Origin: Octopus sinensis
Lineage: Eukaryota
Reading direction: 5' to 3'
Length of the DNA stretch: 64,000 bases
Assembly (NCBI RefSeq): GCF_006345805.1
Contig: NC_043008.1
Span: forward strand, 33,790,001 to 33,854,000
In this document: one piece after another, positions 1 to 12,100 of the stretch
Position numbering within the stretch: position 1 is the stretch's first letter
How the letters are laid out: every line of letters begins with the position of its first letter
Notes under the pieces: model-generated
The model's input: only the letters and a program-made list of their open reading frames with translations
What the model was told of the DNA's origin: nothing
Database searches by the model: none
Translations under genes and position numbers: made by a program

Positions 1-672
1 TATTGGTCAACACAAAACTATTGGAAAAGTAATTTATTCACCAACCCAAGATTTTGCAGAGGGAAATTGAACCTGGAACCACATGGATTTGAAGCAATCT
101 TTTTAACAAACAGTAATGTCTTGTGAAATAACAGCTGTCCTTATTGTAACTGTTTTAGATTGATTAGATGGTAGTTGCTTTTTTTGGTTAACTCCATGCT
201 TTTCAAGTGTTTCTTACCTTCTTAAGATGATACAGTGTGATTTGAGGAACATTTGGTTGCAATTATATGCTGATTCCTTGATTTGTCTCTTTTGCTCTCT
301 GATAATTAGTTGCTAGGATCCTACAGTGTGGATTGGTGGTAAATTCAGTTACTTTCATACTGGATGGAGGTGTGGATTCAGTGTCTACTGTTCAGAAAGA
401 CAGAATACCTCAGCCTCCCGAATCAGTCCAGATGATGTGTGAGGAGTGAGAAAGCAGCAAATTGGGTTGAGAAAGAATATTTGAGATGGCTCTCCTCCTA
501 AATACAGTATGAAAGGTGATTAAAATGATTCATGGTGTTTGAATGAATTCAAATAATATTAAAGGTAATAAAAAAGCTACAAATTGTTGAAATGTTTGAC
601 CATTAAAGAAGCAAAAATCAAACAAGCAAATTCTCTTTTTTAATGCTTTCCATTTTTCTCTTAACATTTCAG

Positions 673-739
673 TAATTCTTTGCAGTGTTCTTATACCAAC
701 AATAGTCCTGCTTTGTATGTTATGCATCATAGTTATCAG
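673..739 (+). CDS. Transmembrane exon of upstream paralog (copy 1) of the PLAT-domain receptor
   Basis: Acceptor ttaacatttcag| and donor |gtatgt; 67 nt, phase 1 to phase 2. Translates (V)ILCSVLIPTIVLLCMLCIIVI(R), a hydrophobic helix. Two substitutions relative to 61565-61631. Confidence 0.9.
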
Positions 740-1499
740 GTATGTAATATAAAACTACATCTTACTACTGAGACTCTTTTAGAGTATCATTATTATTTTA
801 ACTTTTTTTCTTTATTTTTACTGTACTAAGTCAGAGGATGAAGAGCAGTGCTCATCTCCCATTTTCAAGACATATAAGACTGGAAGGACGAAGGGAAATT
901 GTATTAAAAGCACCCAAAGGTCAAGTAGTCTTAGAAAACCAGTTGGCTGATTGAGTCTACCATTCAAAACAAAAACAGGAAGGATTCTTCCAACAAGTTT
1001 CTATACAGTTCTCATTTACAAAACTTCATTCACAAGGCTTATGTCTCTCCATGAGTATAGCAGAAGATACTTGACTATAGTGCTATTGAATGGGATAAAA
1101 CTAAAGACCTCACAGTTGCAAAGTGAATTTATAAACCACTTAGCTATGCCTTCCTCCGTAAGATAATCTGAACTTTGAGTTAATATTAATCTGTTTTCCA
1201 TGATATTAATTGTGCATGTATAGTGATATATACCTCCAAGCCATCATTTAAGAGAGATTTTTTAATGTTTTCTGTTGTTCTGTTTAATCCAAAGAGGGGA
1301 CAGATGACATGCAGCAGGTTATCTCTTAAGAACATCTTAAAGTCTTATGTTTTATAGCTCCTTATATAAATGTGTATTTAGATAGGCAGCTACTAGATAC
1401 CGATACTAATTTGATAGTTTTAACTGATAGATATATATTCTATATCTTTTCTGAGTTTACATTGTTGTTTCCTAATCTTCCTAATCTTTAATCCAAAGC

Positions 1500-2950
1500 T
1501 ATTCACATTTAATCTATTTGGAGGAATACATTCCACACAGAAATAGCTTCAGTATGCACAACTATCTGTCTGTGTCATATTCTGGCAAGAACAAAGTTAA
1601 CTTGTCTCTTGCTCATCTGAGCGATTGGTGACTAATTGACCAATTAGATTTCTGAAGTGTGTGTTATAAATGGGATGAGTACTGACATCATGAAACTTCA
1701 AGAGACTTGGTCTCACTTTATTACTTTGTATCCTGATGCTGGAATCTATTAATTTATCACTCTTATTACAAATATTTGAAAGGTGATAGAAACAGTTGTT
1801 GATAATCAACTCCTCCAATAACTTGACCCTCTTTCCATTCTCATTGTGTACTAAATACAGCTTCAGTTAAACTGGCCTAGTGGGTATCCGATTTTCTCTG
1901 TTAATCGCCTTTAATTCCTTGCTCTTGAGAAAATTAGTGAAAGCAATTGCATTTGACATCAGGAAAGATTTTGTCTTGTACAAGAATCTCCTGATTAAGA
2001 CATTTACTTATATGTTCAATCTGTAGTGTTGTCATGAAGGAAAGCTTGTCGTCAGTATATATACATAATTTACTTGCTACATTAATACAGGTGTTCATAC
2101 AATATAAGAAGAGTAGATTTTACATGAAACGATGTATACTACAGGTGCAGGAGATCTCCAACAGAAATTCATATTAGGCTGCTTTTTACATATCAATGCA
2201 CGTTCTTCTTGTTGTGTAGCCATGGTATGTTTCTTCACCTATCATGCCAGGTTGAATATGCAGCTCTGAGAACAGTTATGAGTGAGAGTAAACTCTACCA
2301 AAGACTGAATTCACTTTCAGTCCAAATTCACTCTGGCTTTTTCACACTAAATCCACCACTATTTGTAGGCTCTTTCCACACAGAAAGTCCTAGTCATGCT
2401 GCCAGACTATCACATGATCAAAAAGCAAGAGGTGCTGACAGGACCGAAAATGTGTTTGCACACATGATCAACTCATGGTTTTCATGTGGCTAAACATAGA
2501 TTCCAATTCAGCTGTTATAATTCTGTCTCTTGTCTCCCAGGCAGGAAGCTTTCATAACTGCATGTGCTGATGATTCTGTTATTTCCTCTCCTTAACATCA
2601 ACAACCTACTTGTGACTTCTATCACAGCTCACACTCCCTGTGCAGACAACACTAATCTCTATTCTTTCCTTATGTTACACACAAAGGTGTTGTTCACTTG
2701 CAGCTTAGCTACTTCATGTCAAATCGGCACTGCCTCTTTGAGGAGAAATCATAGAAGTATTGACATGTATGTCATGTCCCCTTCTACACTGCAAAAACAA
2801 TATAATCATTCTTGCCTTGGAGAGCATGATATAAACACTCCTAATATTACTACAAGTGTGATATCTGCCCCAACAATGTCACTGATCCCCAGTCCAAGTG
2901 GTTCCACATTCATTGCAAAAACTGTGTCCAGAAATATACTTCTGTTCTGC
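1500..2950 (-). mobile_element. Highly degenerate LINE fragments
   Basis: Minus-strand NENGKRVKLLEELIINN resembles an AP-endonuclease segment and FAMNVEPLG resembles an RT segment. Many stops. Confidence 0.3.
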
Positions 2951-3179
2951 CACAAAGTTCAAGTAAATCTCATGGCAGAAAACTGCTGCAGCATTTTGGG
3001 CTGCTACTGCTACTGCTGCTGTTGTTGTTGTTGTTAAGCAACAAGATGGGTAAGGGTGATTAGGTGATGGTCTAGGGCTTAGGGGCAGGAGACCCCAGAC
3101 CTTCGAAAAAAAAAACCTTTGGTTGTCTTCTAAATGTGTTTCTATAAAGACAAAGTAACTAGAGACGGCTAATCAGGCA

Positions 3180-5130
3180 GATGTGGAAGGTGTACTAAAA
3201 GAGATTATGCCTGATATTTGGCATCTCTCAAGAGCCAAGCAGTTTATGGGCATTTCAGTGTTCTTCAAGACTGAAGTTCTGGTTGCCAAACACTCTGTGG
3301 TTCGCTATCAGAACAAAAAATATGTGCTCCAGACGATGTATTTACGAAGGTGGATGGTGGGGATAAAGATGTCAGAAATTCCATCAGTGGGAGTTACAAC
3401 CTCCTAAAGATGAAGTGGACCTGTTGTGAGAATTGGTCTGGAACCAGTGTGGAGGTACTACTCCACATTAAACCAGACGCAATCATTTGGCATTGCGCGT
3501 TTGGTCTGACAAGGATGCCCACACTTGCCCCTTTTGTACAAGATGGCTCTTGAGCCATTGCTACAGGAGTTGGTTCTTTCATGGGGCATACCATATGAAC
3601 TAGAATGCAGGTTTGTGGCAGCTTATGTGGATGATGTCACAGTAATAGTGTCAAATGTCTCAGAAATTGAGGTAATCACCACTGCAGTATGGGAGTACAA
3701 AGCAGCAAAAGGAGCAAAAAATAACCAGAAGTTACTGGGCCTGCAGCTCAGCAACTGGAGAGGCAGATCCATACCATCTGATAGCATGGTAGAACACTAG
3801 ACAGAAGGACTGGTTAAATTGCTTGGGGTCTTGTTTGGTCTGGACCTCCTGTTAGACAAGAACTTGGAGTGGGTGACAAACTGGGTAGCCAGTCTCCCCC
3901 AGAAATAAGCAGAGAGAAAGCTGTTATCACTACTGTCATCTACTACTATCTGACTGTTGTCCCTTGCCCTCTTTTCTGGTTGATCAGCTGGAGCAATTGC
4001 TCTTCCCACTTCCTGTGGAAGGGACATGTCTCACTCCTCAGTCGGTCCATCTGCTGTCAACAGGTGCTGAGTGGAGGACTGGGAATGCCATGGCTAATGA
4101 TATGCAGACATGTACTGAGTCTCATTGACAGAGCAACAGTCCTGGATTAAGCATAGATCAAGTAAGGGCACTTTGCATCTGGAGTGTAAGCAGGCTCTCA
4201 CAGCCCTCTGCTAGTCAGGCAATGTAGTCAGTGGAAATTCTACATTGGAAATCTATAGAAGATTAGTGGTGGGCAAAAGCAACGATGACCTCAGAGGAAT
4301 TCTAGGAAGGATCAATTATCTGGTCTTTTCTTGAGCAATTTCAGGCTGGAGTCTATCTATAATTTCCAGAAATCCTTGGCCTAATAGTGTTACCAGGGAG
4401 CTCTGCCAGTTCAAGACAAGCTTTACAAGCTTGGAAGTGCCATCAGACAGACATGTCCTAGATGTGGATAGGGCAATGAAACTTCTCTGCATGCACTCAT
4501 TTCGAATTTGTGGAGCATTGTCAAACAGCTGTTGATGCATGTAGGACAAATCTGGTTATCAGACGACTCCATCATGAGGATCACCCAGCCACCTTCTTTT
4601 GGCCATGGAGGGAAGGCAGTTTTCCTCTGTCTGATGGCTATGGCGAAAGAGGAAGTGTGGTGGGCATGGTTGAAAGGATTGAAGACAGGTACTTTCTCTT
4701 CAGCTGAGCCCCCATTGAATTTCTCAAGTTCCACTTGAAAAGGAAAATGAGGGTGGTGAGGAAAGTGCTGCCTCCTAGTATTGATGTTGAAAGGTGGGTG
4801 AATGTAGTGAGGATGATCCATGTGAATGGGCCTACTCTGAACATACACTTGTAAGCCAGGGGGTTTGAGAAGATGAGAGGTGCTTGCTTGAGGTGCCTTT
4901 GGAAGTCAGGGTGAGGAAAATGTGTGGAGTTCCTTGGTTGTCCTTAGGATAAACTCCCATTATGTGGAGAATTTTATTGTTTATTTTTTGTTGTTAATTG
5001 TTATTGTTTAATTGTATGTACAAATTGTTGTGCTAAACTCCCCTTGCATTGCATCATCCCTGTATGTTTTTTGTTCAGATCTTGTGGTCAATAAAAACAA
5101 GATCATTAATATTATTATTATTATTATTAT
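3180..5130 (+). mobile_element. Tx1/L1-clade LINE relic
   Basis: QGCPHLPLLYKMALEPLL, AYVDDVTV (YADD box), CPRC..ET..H C-terminal zinc knuckle, AATAAA and an (ATT)n tail near 5090-5130. Confidence 0.8.
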
Positions 5131-5514
5131 TTGATGAAAACACACAGATTATTTTGCTGGGTATCATGGAAAGTGTCAGCTGTCCACAGCCAGCAGACTA
5201 AGGTGACACTGACAGTTGTTGTCATGTTAAATACAATATTTAGCAGCATTTCTTCTGGATATTTACATGCTAAGTTCAAATACCACTGAAGTTAAATTAG
5301 TGCTTCATTCTTCTGGGGTTAATATAATATATACCAATTGACTCCCCACCAGCCCCAAATTACTGGCCTTGTTCCTAATTTTGAAACCATCATTATCATT
5401 ATAAAACAAGATTAGTAAGAAGTATTATTATTTCTTTTTTTTGTGATTATTAACAAAATTTAATTCTAAAATCTACTTAATGTTGTCTGATTAAATATGC
5501 TAACATTTTCTTAG

Positions 5515-5950
5515 ACACAGGTACAAGAAATCCAAATCAAATGTGATATCTGAAGAAAAGACCAAGAAGAGTACCACAACGACCTGTTTACCAGAGGAGA
5601 TAGAATCACAACTAAATAATACTTTGAAACAGCAAGCAGCAGAGATATTGCCCCCAAATAATGCACATTCAATTAGAAATGATCCTTGCATGATGGAAAG
5701 GGAATTGCATTCCACTGATGCATATTATTCTGTCATAAAAGATTTATGTATGGTTGATGATAATGTTGAAGAATATATGTATATAGCTAAAAAGGATATA
5801 TGTTCAAATGTAAATGATAAATATGAAAATGGCTCAGATACAGTTCACAGTGATTTACGTTTCACTGAGAATGAAGGATATTATGTAAATTCAGCTGAAA
5901 ATGACTTATGCTCTGGTAAAAATGGCATATATATTGATATCTTGCCATAA
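5515..5950 (+). CDS. Terminal cytoplasmic-tail exon of upstream paralog (copy 1)
   Basis: Acceptor aacattttcttag| in the phase that joins exon 673-739 in frame: R-HRYKKSKSNVISEEK...YIDILP*. It contains track ORF 5543..5950 and is paralogous to 63511-63946. Confidence 0.9.
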
Positions 5951-6000
5951 GTGATTAAGATAACTTACTTGAAAGTGTTTTTCTTCTAAAAATTCAATCT

Positions 6001-6168
6001 AATTATATCTAAAGAAAACAGATACATAAAACAACCCTCAATGTCAACACTTCAAAAACCTAATAGAATATTTGAAATATGTTTTCACTGAAATAATTAA
6101 ACAAAATACCAGCCCCTGCCACACAATTATATATACACTCCTATAAATAAACAAGTATTTATTATCAT
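6001..6168 (-). pseudogene. nad4L: NUMT: 5' part of mitochondrial nad4L
   Basis: Minus strand, invertebrate mitochondrial code: ATG at 6168 ... LFQWKHISNILLGF[fs]EVLTL. Strong G depletion on the + strand, as in mtDNA. Confidence 0.75.
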
Positions 6169-6172
6169 AACT

Positions 6173-6236
6173 GTTATAATAGTTTATATAAAACATTGGT
6201 TTGGCAAACCAAAATTAAATACTACATTTTTATAAT
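6173..6236 (+). pseudogene. trnT: NUMT: degenerate mitochondrial tRNA-Thr
   Basis: gttataa-ta-gttt atat aaaa-c-attgg tttggca aaccaa... cloverleaf arms with a mutated anticodon loop. It sits between nad4L and trnS2, as in octopod mtDNA. Confidence 0.65.
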
Positions 6237-6237
6237 T

Positions 6238-6300
6238 GGTTACAAGTAAATCAAACACTTACAAAAGGTTTTCAAAACCCTTATTTATCCAATATAATCT
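6238..6300 (-). pseudogene. trnS2: NUMT: mitochondrial tRNA-Ser(UGA)
   Basis: Minus-strand anticodon arm agggt-tt TGA aa-acctt, followed by a T-arm-like gtaagtgtttgatttac. Confidence 0.75.
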
Positions 6301-6384
6301 AATAATCTAATATATATATATATATCCATACCATATCTAAAATACACTGAACTAAAAAAAAAAATATATATATATATATATCAC

Positions 6385-6720
6385 CTTAAAAATCTGCTTA
6401 ATCATTTCATATCTGCTTAATCATTTCAACAGGACAACTTCCAGTCCGTGTAAAAAAATACAACAAAAAGCACCAACCAGAAATCAATAACAAAACTACT
6501 CTAAAAAATTATAACTTAATCCTATACACCCTCTAATATGTAAAAGAAGACAAACAAATATAACAATAATATTACCAAACTAACAACTCCACCCCTAATT
6601 TGTTTGGAATCAACCATAAAATAGAGCAAATAAAAAATACCAGTCAGGTTTAATATGGATAGGAGTAACTAAAGGATTTGTAGGAATAGAATTTTCCACA
6701 TCCCCCAATTAGGAAACAAT
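6385..6720 (-). pseudogene. cob: NUMT: 3' part of mitochondrial cytochrome b
   Basis: [36 protein letters not shown] and GSCPVE..YEMI, i.e. the PEWY region, with frameshifts. Confidence 0.9.
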
Positions 6721-7122
6721 TCCAATACCTTAGCCTTGCCATTGTCCCGTGGTAATGTAGCGAGCATGCTGGCTGGCTTCAGTAGTTTCATTTGAAATTT
6801 GTGGTGTGAGACCAAATGTAGCACTTTGTATTGCATTGATGTTTCTTTTGTCTCTCTTCCTTCTCTTTTCCTTTCTTTCTCTCATCCTTTTTTTTTATCC
6901 TGATTTTATTCTTTTATTTGTCTTTCTTTTGTAATACATTATATTAAGGAAAAATAAGAATAAGAGATATTTTTTCATACAATAAATTTGGAAATAATAT
7001 TTTTAAGGCTCAATTCCATTAAATTATTAAATTTTAATATCTTCGATTAATTTTCCTTAATATAAATCACAGTTCAATATTTGATGCTGAACAGTTGTAT
7101 TTATTATTTTAATTATTAATTA

Positions 7123-7312
7123 AGGTGATGAACTGGCAGAATCATTAGTATGCTGGGCAAAATGCATAGTGATATTTCACCTGCCACTACGTTCTGAGTT
7201 CAAATTCTGCCTTTCTGACTTTGCCTTTCATCCTTTCGGGGTCGATAAATTATGTATCAGTTGCGCACTGGGGTCGATGTAATTGTCTACCCCTTCCCCT
7301 CCAATTTCAGGC
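7123..7312 (+). mobile_element. tRNA-derived SINE (octopus-type family A)
   Basis: A-box-like tggcagaatc and B-box-like gagttcaaattc; related copies at 19543, 21350, 25373, 31215, 43640 and 56860. Confidence 0.7.
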
Positions 7313-7332
7313 CAAGATTATATTAATTATCT

Positions 7333-7543
7333 CTCCTTTTACTCTTTACTTTTACTTGTTTCAGTCATTTGACTGTGGCCGTACTGGAGCACCACCTTTA
7401 GTCAAGCAAATCATCACCAGGACTTATTCTTTGTAAGCCTAGTACTTATTCTATTGGGGCTCTTTTGCCGAACTTTGTCAAGCAATGTTGGAGGCGGGGG
7501 AGACAGACACAGACACACAAACATATACACACACATGTATATA

Positions 7544-7639
<96 letters not shown>

Positions 7640-7800
7640 CATACATACATATATATATACATATATACGACGGGCTTCTTTCAGTTTCCGTCTACCAAAT
7701 CCACTCACAAAGCTATAGTGAAAGACACTTGCCCAAGATGCCATGCAGTGAGAATGAACCTGGAACCATGTGGTTGGTAAGCAAGCTAATTACCACTCCT
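7333..7800 (-). mobile_element. Composite tRNA-derived SINE (family B) with internal (TA)n
   Basis: Minus-strand head gtggtaa...ggttccaggttca; body shared with 13885, 24833, 35712 and 48200; about 65 TA units inside. Confidence 0.75.
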
Positions 7801-7889
7801 GCACCAAGTCATTATTTTTATTATTTGGTGTGAAAATAAACATAACAAGCAACTTTTGGCATAACATTTAAAAAATGGATCCTATTTTA

Positions 7890-8335
7890 TAAACTTAATT
7901 CAACTAATGCAAATAATATGAAAAGAAAACCTAAAACATCTTTTTATCTATGATAATGATGAAAAGGAATCTTATCTAAATCACTGTTTAAACCTAAACG
8001 AATACCTGAACTCCCCTTATGTATAAGCAAAAAAATATAAAATAACCAAACCCACAATAATAAGGGCAACAAAGAATGAAAAAAAAAATCAACTTAAAGT
8101 AGCATCATCAACAAAAAATCCTCCCCAAATTCAATAAACTAATGCTTCCCTAATATAAGGAACTTCTGAAACTAAATTAGTAGAAACTGTAGCTCCCCAA
8201 AAAGACATTTGACTTCATGGTAATACACACACAACAAAACCAGTCAATATAACTAAACTATACAACAAAAACCCCACATTTCAAGAATAAATATTTATAT
8301 ATAAACCATAATACAAACCATGACCAATATGTATA
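7890..8335 (-). pseudogene. cob: NUMT: middle part of cytochrome b (continuation of 6385-6720)
   Basis: HIGHGLYYG..VLPWSQMSFWGATVSTNLVS.VPYI...YWIWGGF.VDDATL...LNSDLDKIPFH..KDVLGF..ALVELSL. Collinear with the 3' piece across a ~1.2 kb insertion. Confidence 0.9.
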
Positions 8336-9103
8336 TCTTCATCATCATCATTCGAATTAGGTTATGGGCATGAGACAATCGTAGTGGTTTTACTTTTTAT
8401 ATTATATTAAACATTTTAATACTTTTTGAAAGTTATATATATTTAATATAAATAAATAAATAAATAAAAAATAAAAAAATATATATATATATAAATTTAT
8501 AAATATAAATTAATAATTTAAAATTTTTAACTTTAAATTTAAATGATTTAAATTTTGAATTTTATATTTTATATATTTTGTATATTATATTAATTAATTT
8601 TATTTCTATGTTTTGGTTTATGTTTTTCACTGTTTGATTTGCCTAATAGTGGTTTTATCTCTAATTCAATTTATATATATATACATACATATATTATAAC
8701 ACAAAATAAGCTAGGGGTTAAGAGTGCAACCCACTAAGGGATAGTGGAATTATTCGTTGGATAAAAATACAAATTTAAGTATAATTTTAACTTCAACTTT
8801 TATGAAAAGAAAAAAATCCTCATATTGATATTGGTGTATATTCGTGCGTATATAAATACATGTACATGTTGCTTCTATTTGTTACCCACACGCATGAACC
8901 TGTATGTATTAAGAAGAACTATATACTAAAAGCCATGGTCTAACTGTATGTTTTTTACATATTATATACATATATATATTTGTTTGTATGTATTGTGAAT
9001 TGATTATCTTGTATTGTAATATTTGATATATATTAGAATCTATTATAATATGTATTGTCAAGTGAATATTACTATAAATCTAATAATATTGTAATTATTG
9101 ATA

Positions 9104-9139
<36 letters not shown>

Positions 9140-12100
9140 CATCATCATCATCATCATCATCATCGTTTAACGTCCGTTTTCCGCGCTAGCACGGGTTGGA
9201 CGGTTCGACTGGGGTCTGGGGAGCCAGGGGCTGCCCCAGGCTCCAGTCTGGTCTGGCAGTGTTTCTACAGCTGGATGCCCTTCCTAAAGCCAACCACTCC
9301 GCGAGTGTAGTGGGTGCTTTTTACGTGGCACCTGCACAGGTGCCAGAGGGGTCTGGCATCGGCCACGATCGGTTGGTGCTTTTTTTTTTATGTACTACCG
9401 GCACAGAAGCCAGTCAAGGCGGTGCTGGCATCGGCCACGTTCGGATGGTGCTTTTTATGTGCCACCGGCACAGAAGCCATTCGAGGCAGGGTTGGCATCG
9501 GTCACGTTCGGATGGTGCTTTTTATGTGCCACCGGCACAGAAGCCAGTGGAGGCTGCACTGGCAACGGCCACGTTCGGATGGTGCTTGGCCACGTTCGGA
9601 TGGTGCTTGGCCACGTTCGGATGGTGCTTGGCCACGTTCGGATGGTGCTTGGCCACGTTTGGATGGTGTTTTTTATGTGTCACCGGCACAGGTATCACAA
9701 CTACTGTTCCCATTGATATTTGGTTCGATGTTCATGTACATGCACTTGACTCAACAGGTCTCCTCAAACACAGCAAGATATTCCAGGATCCCACGATCAG
9801 TTGGTGCTTTTTATGTGCCACCTGCACAGAAGCCAGTCGAAGCTGTGCTGGCGTCGGCCACACTCGGATGGTGCTTTTTATGTGCCACCGGCACAAGAAG
9901 CCAGTCGGGGTGGTGCTGGCATCGGCCACGTTCGGATGGAGCTTTTTATGTGTCACCGGCACAGAAGCCAGTGGAGGCTGCACTGGCAACGGCCACGTTC
10001 GGATGGTGCTGGCGGGGTTGGCATCGGTCACGTTCAGATGGTGCTGGCGGGTTGGCATCGGTCACGTTCGGATGGAGCTTTTTATGTGCCACCGGCACAG
10101 AAGCCAGTGGAGTCTGCACTGGCAACGGCCACGTTCGGATGGTGCTTTTTATGTGTCACCGGCACAGGTATCACAACTACTACTGTTTCCATTGATATTT
10201 TGTTCGATTCTCATGTACATGCACTTGACTCCACAGGTCTCCTCAAGCACAGCGAGATGTTCCGGGATCCCACGATCGGTTGGTGTGTGCCACCGGCACA
10301 GAAGCCATTCGAGGTGGGGTTGGCATTGGTCACGTTCGGATGGAGCTTTTTATGTGCCACCGGCACAGAAGCCAGTGGAGGCTGCACTGGCAGCGGCCAC
10401 GTTCGGATGGTGCTGGCGGGGTTGGCATCGGCCACGTTCGGATGGAGCTTTTTATGTGCCACCGGCCCAGAAGCCAGTGGAGGCTGCACTGGCAACGGCC
10501 ACGTTCGGATGGTGCTTTTTATGTGTCACCGGCACAGGTATCACAACTACTGTTTCCATTGATATTTGGTTCGATGTTCATGTACATGCACTTGACTCCA
10601 CAGGTCTCCTCAAGCACAGCGAGATGTTCCGGGATCCAAGGTACTTTGGATGGGCAGGGGGTATGCGGAACTGGTGCCGGAAGCATCTCGGGTCTTAGTA
10701 GTCACAGCACATCTCCAGAGATCTCGGTCCTTCGCCATTGCCTCAGTGAGGCCCAACGCTCTGAGGTCATGCTTGACTACCTCATCCCATGTCTTCCTAG
10801 GTCTACCTCTCCCCCTGATTCCTTCAACTGTTCGGGAGTGGCACTTCTTCACACATCTCTCCTCATCCATCCGCAGTACATGACCATACCATCGCAAGCG
10901 TCGCTCTTGCACACCGCATCTGATGCTTCTTATGCCTAGCATTTCTCTCAGGGTGCTTACACTCTGTCGTGCATTCACACTGACATTACACATCCAGCGG
11001 ATCATGCTAGCTTCATTTCTTTCAAGTCTACGCATGTCCTCTGCAGTCACGGCCCATGTTTCACTGCCGTGAAGCATGGCGGTTCGCACACATGCATCAT
11101 ACAATCTACCTTTCACTCTGAGTGAGAGACCCTTTGTCGCCAGTAGGGGTAGGAGCTTTCTAAACTTTGCCCAGGCTATTCATATTCTAGTGGTGACACT
11201 CTCTGTGCATCCACACCCACTACTAACTTGGTCACCCAGGTAGCGGAAACTATCAACTACTTCTAGTTTCTCCCCCTGGAGTGTGATGGAATCTGTTTTT
11301 TGAGTGTCTGTGGTGTCTATTGTCCCTGTGCATCTGCCGCACATGAAATCTATCTTATCAGTTAATTTCCCTTTGATGTTGCTGCACCTCTTATGCGTCC
11401 ATAGCTTACACTGGGTGCATCTTATGGAGTTTCTACCTACACCTTTCCTACAGCTCGAGCAGGGCCACCTGCCCGATGGGGTGTGTGCTGAGTTCGCCTT
11501 TCTGCATACTATAACTTTGGTCTTCGCTACATTTACTCTAAGGCCCTTAGATTCTAACCCTTGTTTCCACACCCGAAATTTCTTTTTTAGTTCCGGTAGT
11601 GATTCTGCTATGAGGGCCAGGTCATCAGCATAAAGGAGCTCCCAGGGGCAACCTGTTTTGAATTCCTCTGTTATTGCCTGGAGGACTATGATGAATAAAA
11701 GGGGACTGAGGGCCGAGCCCTGGTGTACACCTACTTCAACCCGGAATTCTTCACTATATTCGTTGCCAATCCTAACCTTGCTGACAGCCTCTCTGTATAG
11801 AGCCTGTACAGCCCTTATTAGCCATTCGTCAATCAACAGTTTCCGCATCGACCACCAGATAAGGGATCGGGAAACCCTGTCAAAGGTTTTCTCCAAGTCC
11901 ACAAAAGCTATGTAGAGGGGTTTATCTTTAGCTAGGTACTTCTTCTGCAGTTGTCGGACCAGGAATATAGCATCAGTGGTGCTTGTACCTGGCACAAAAC
12001 CGAACTGCATCTCATCTAAGCAAATTCTCTCCCTAATGAGATGGGTTATGACCCTCTCTGTGGTCTTCATCACCTGATCCAACAGTTTAATACCCCTGTA

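Larger units (their letters stand above)
1..6000 (+). repeat. Segmental/tandem duplication unit, paralogous to 60869-63995
   Basis: Position 1 aligns with 60869 (tattggtcaacacaaaact...). 1-768 aligns with 60869-61657 and 3787-6000 with 61660-63995, apart from indels. Confidence 0.95.

Noticed and set aside
2564-3037. 157-aa + strand ORF ending in poly-Cys
   Set aside because: It is antisense to a degenerate LINE piece and runs into a (TGC/TGT)n microsatellite; no recognisable domain.
6001-6720. Strand-specific G depletion suggesting deaminase hypermutation
   Set aside because: Explained by the native strand skew of mitochondrial DNA once the NUMT was recognised.
7414-7833. YI/IY/CV/HT-repeat ORFs here and at 31425-31931, 33401-33961, 49960-50361 and elsewhere
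   Set aside because: These are translations of (TA)n, (CA)n and (ATGT)n microsatellites, not genes.
8380-8640. Extremely AT-rich tract after the NUMT, possibly mitochondrial rRNA or control region
   Set aside because: No diagnostic motif could be recognised by eye. It needs alignment to a mitogenome.
9330-10635. Regularly spaced repeats resembling a CRISPR array
   Set aside because: The spacers are themselves repeated, the context is eukaryotic, there are no cas genes, and the array is the 3'UTR of an RTE LINE.
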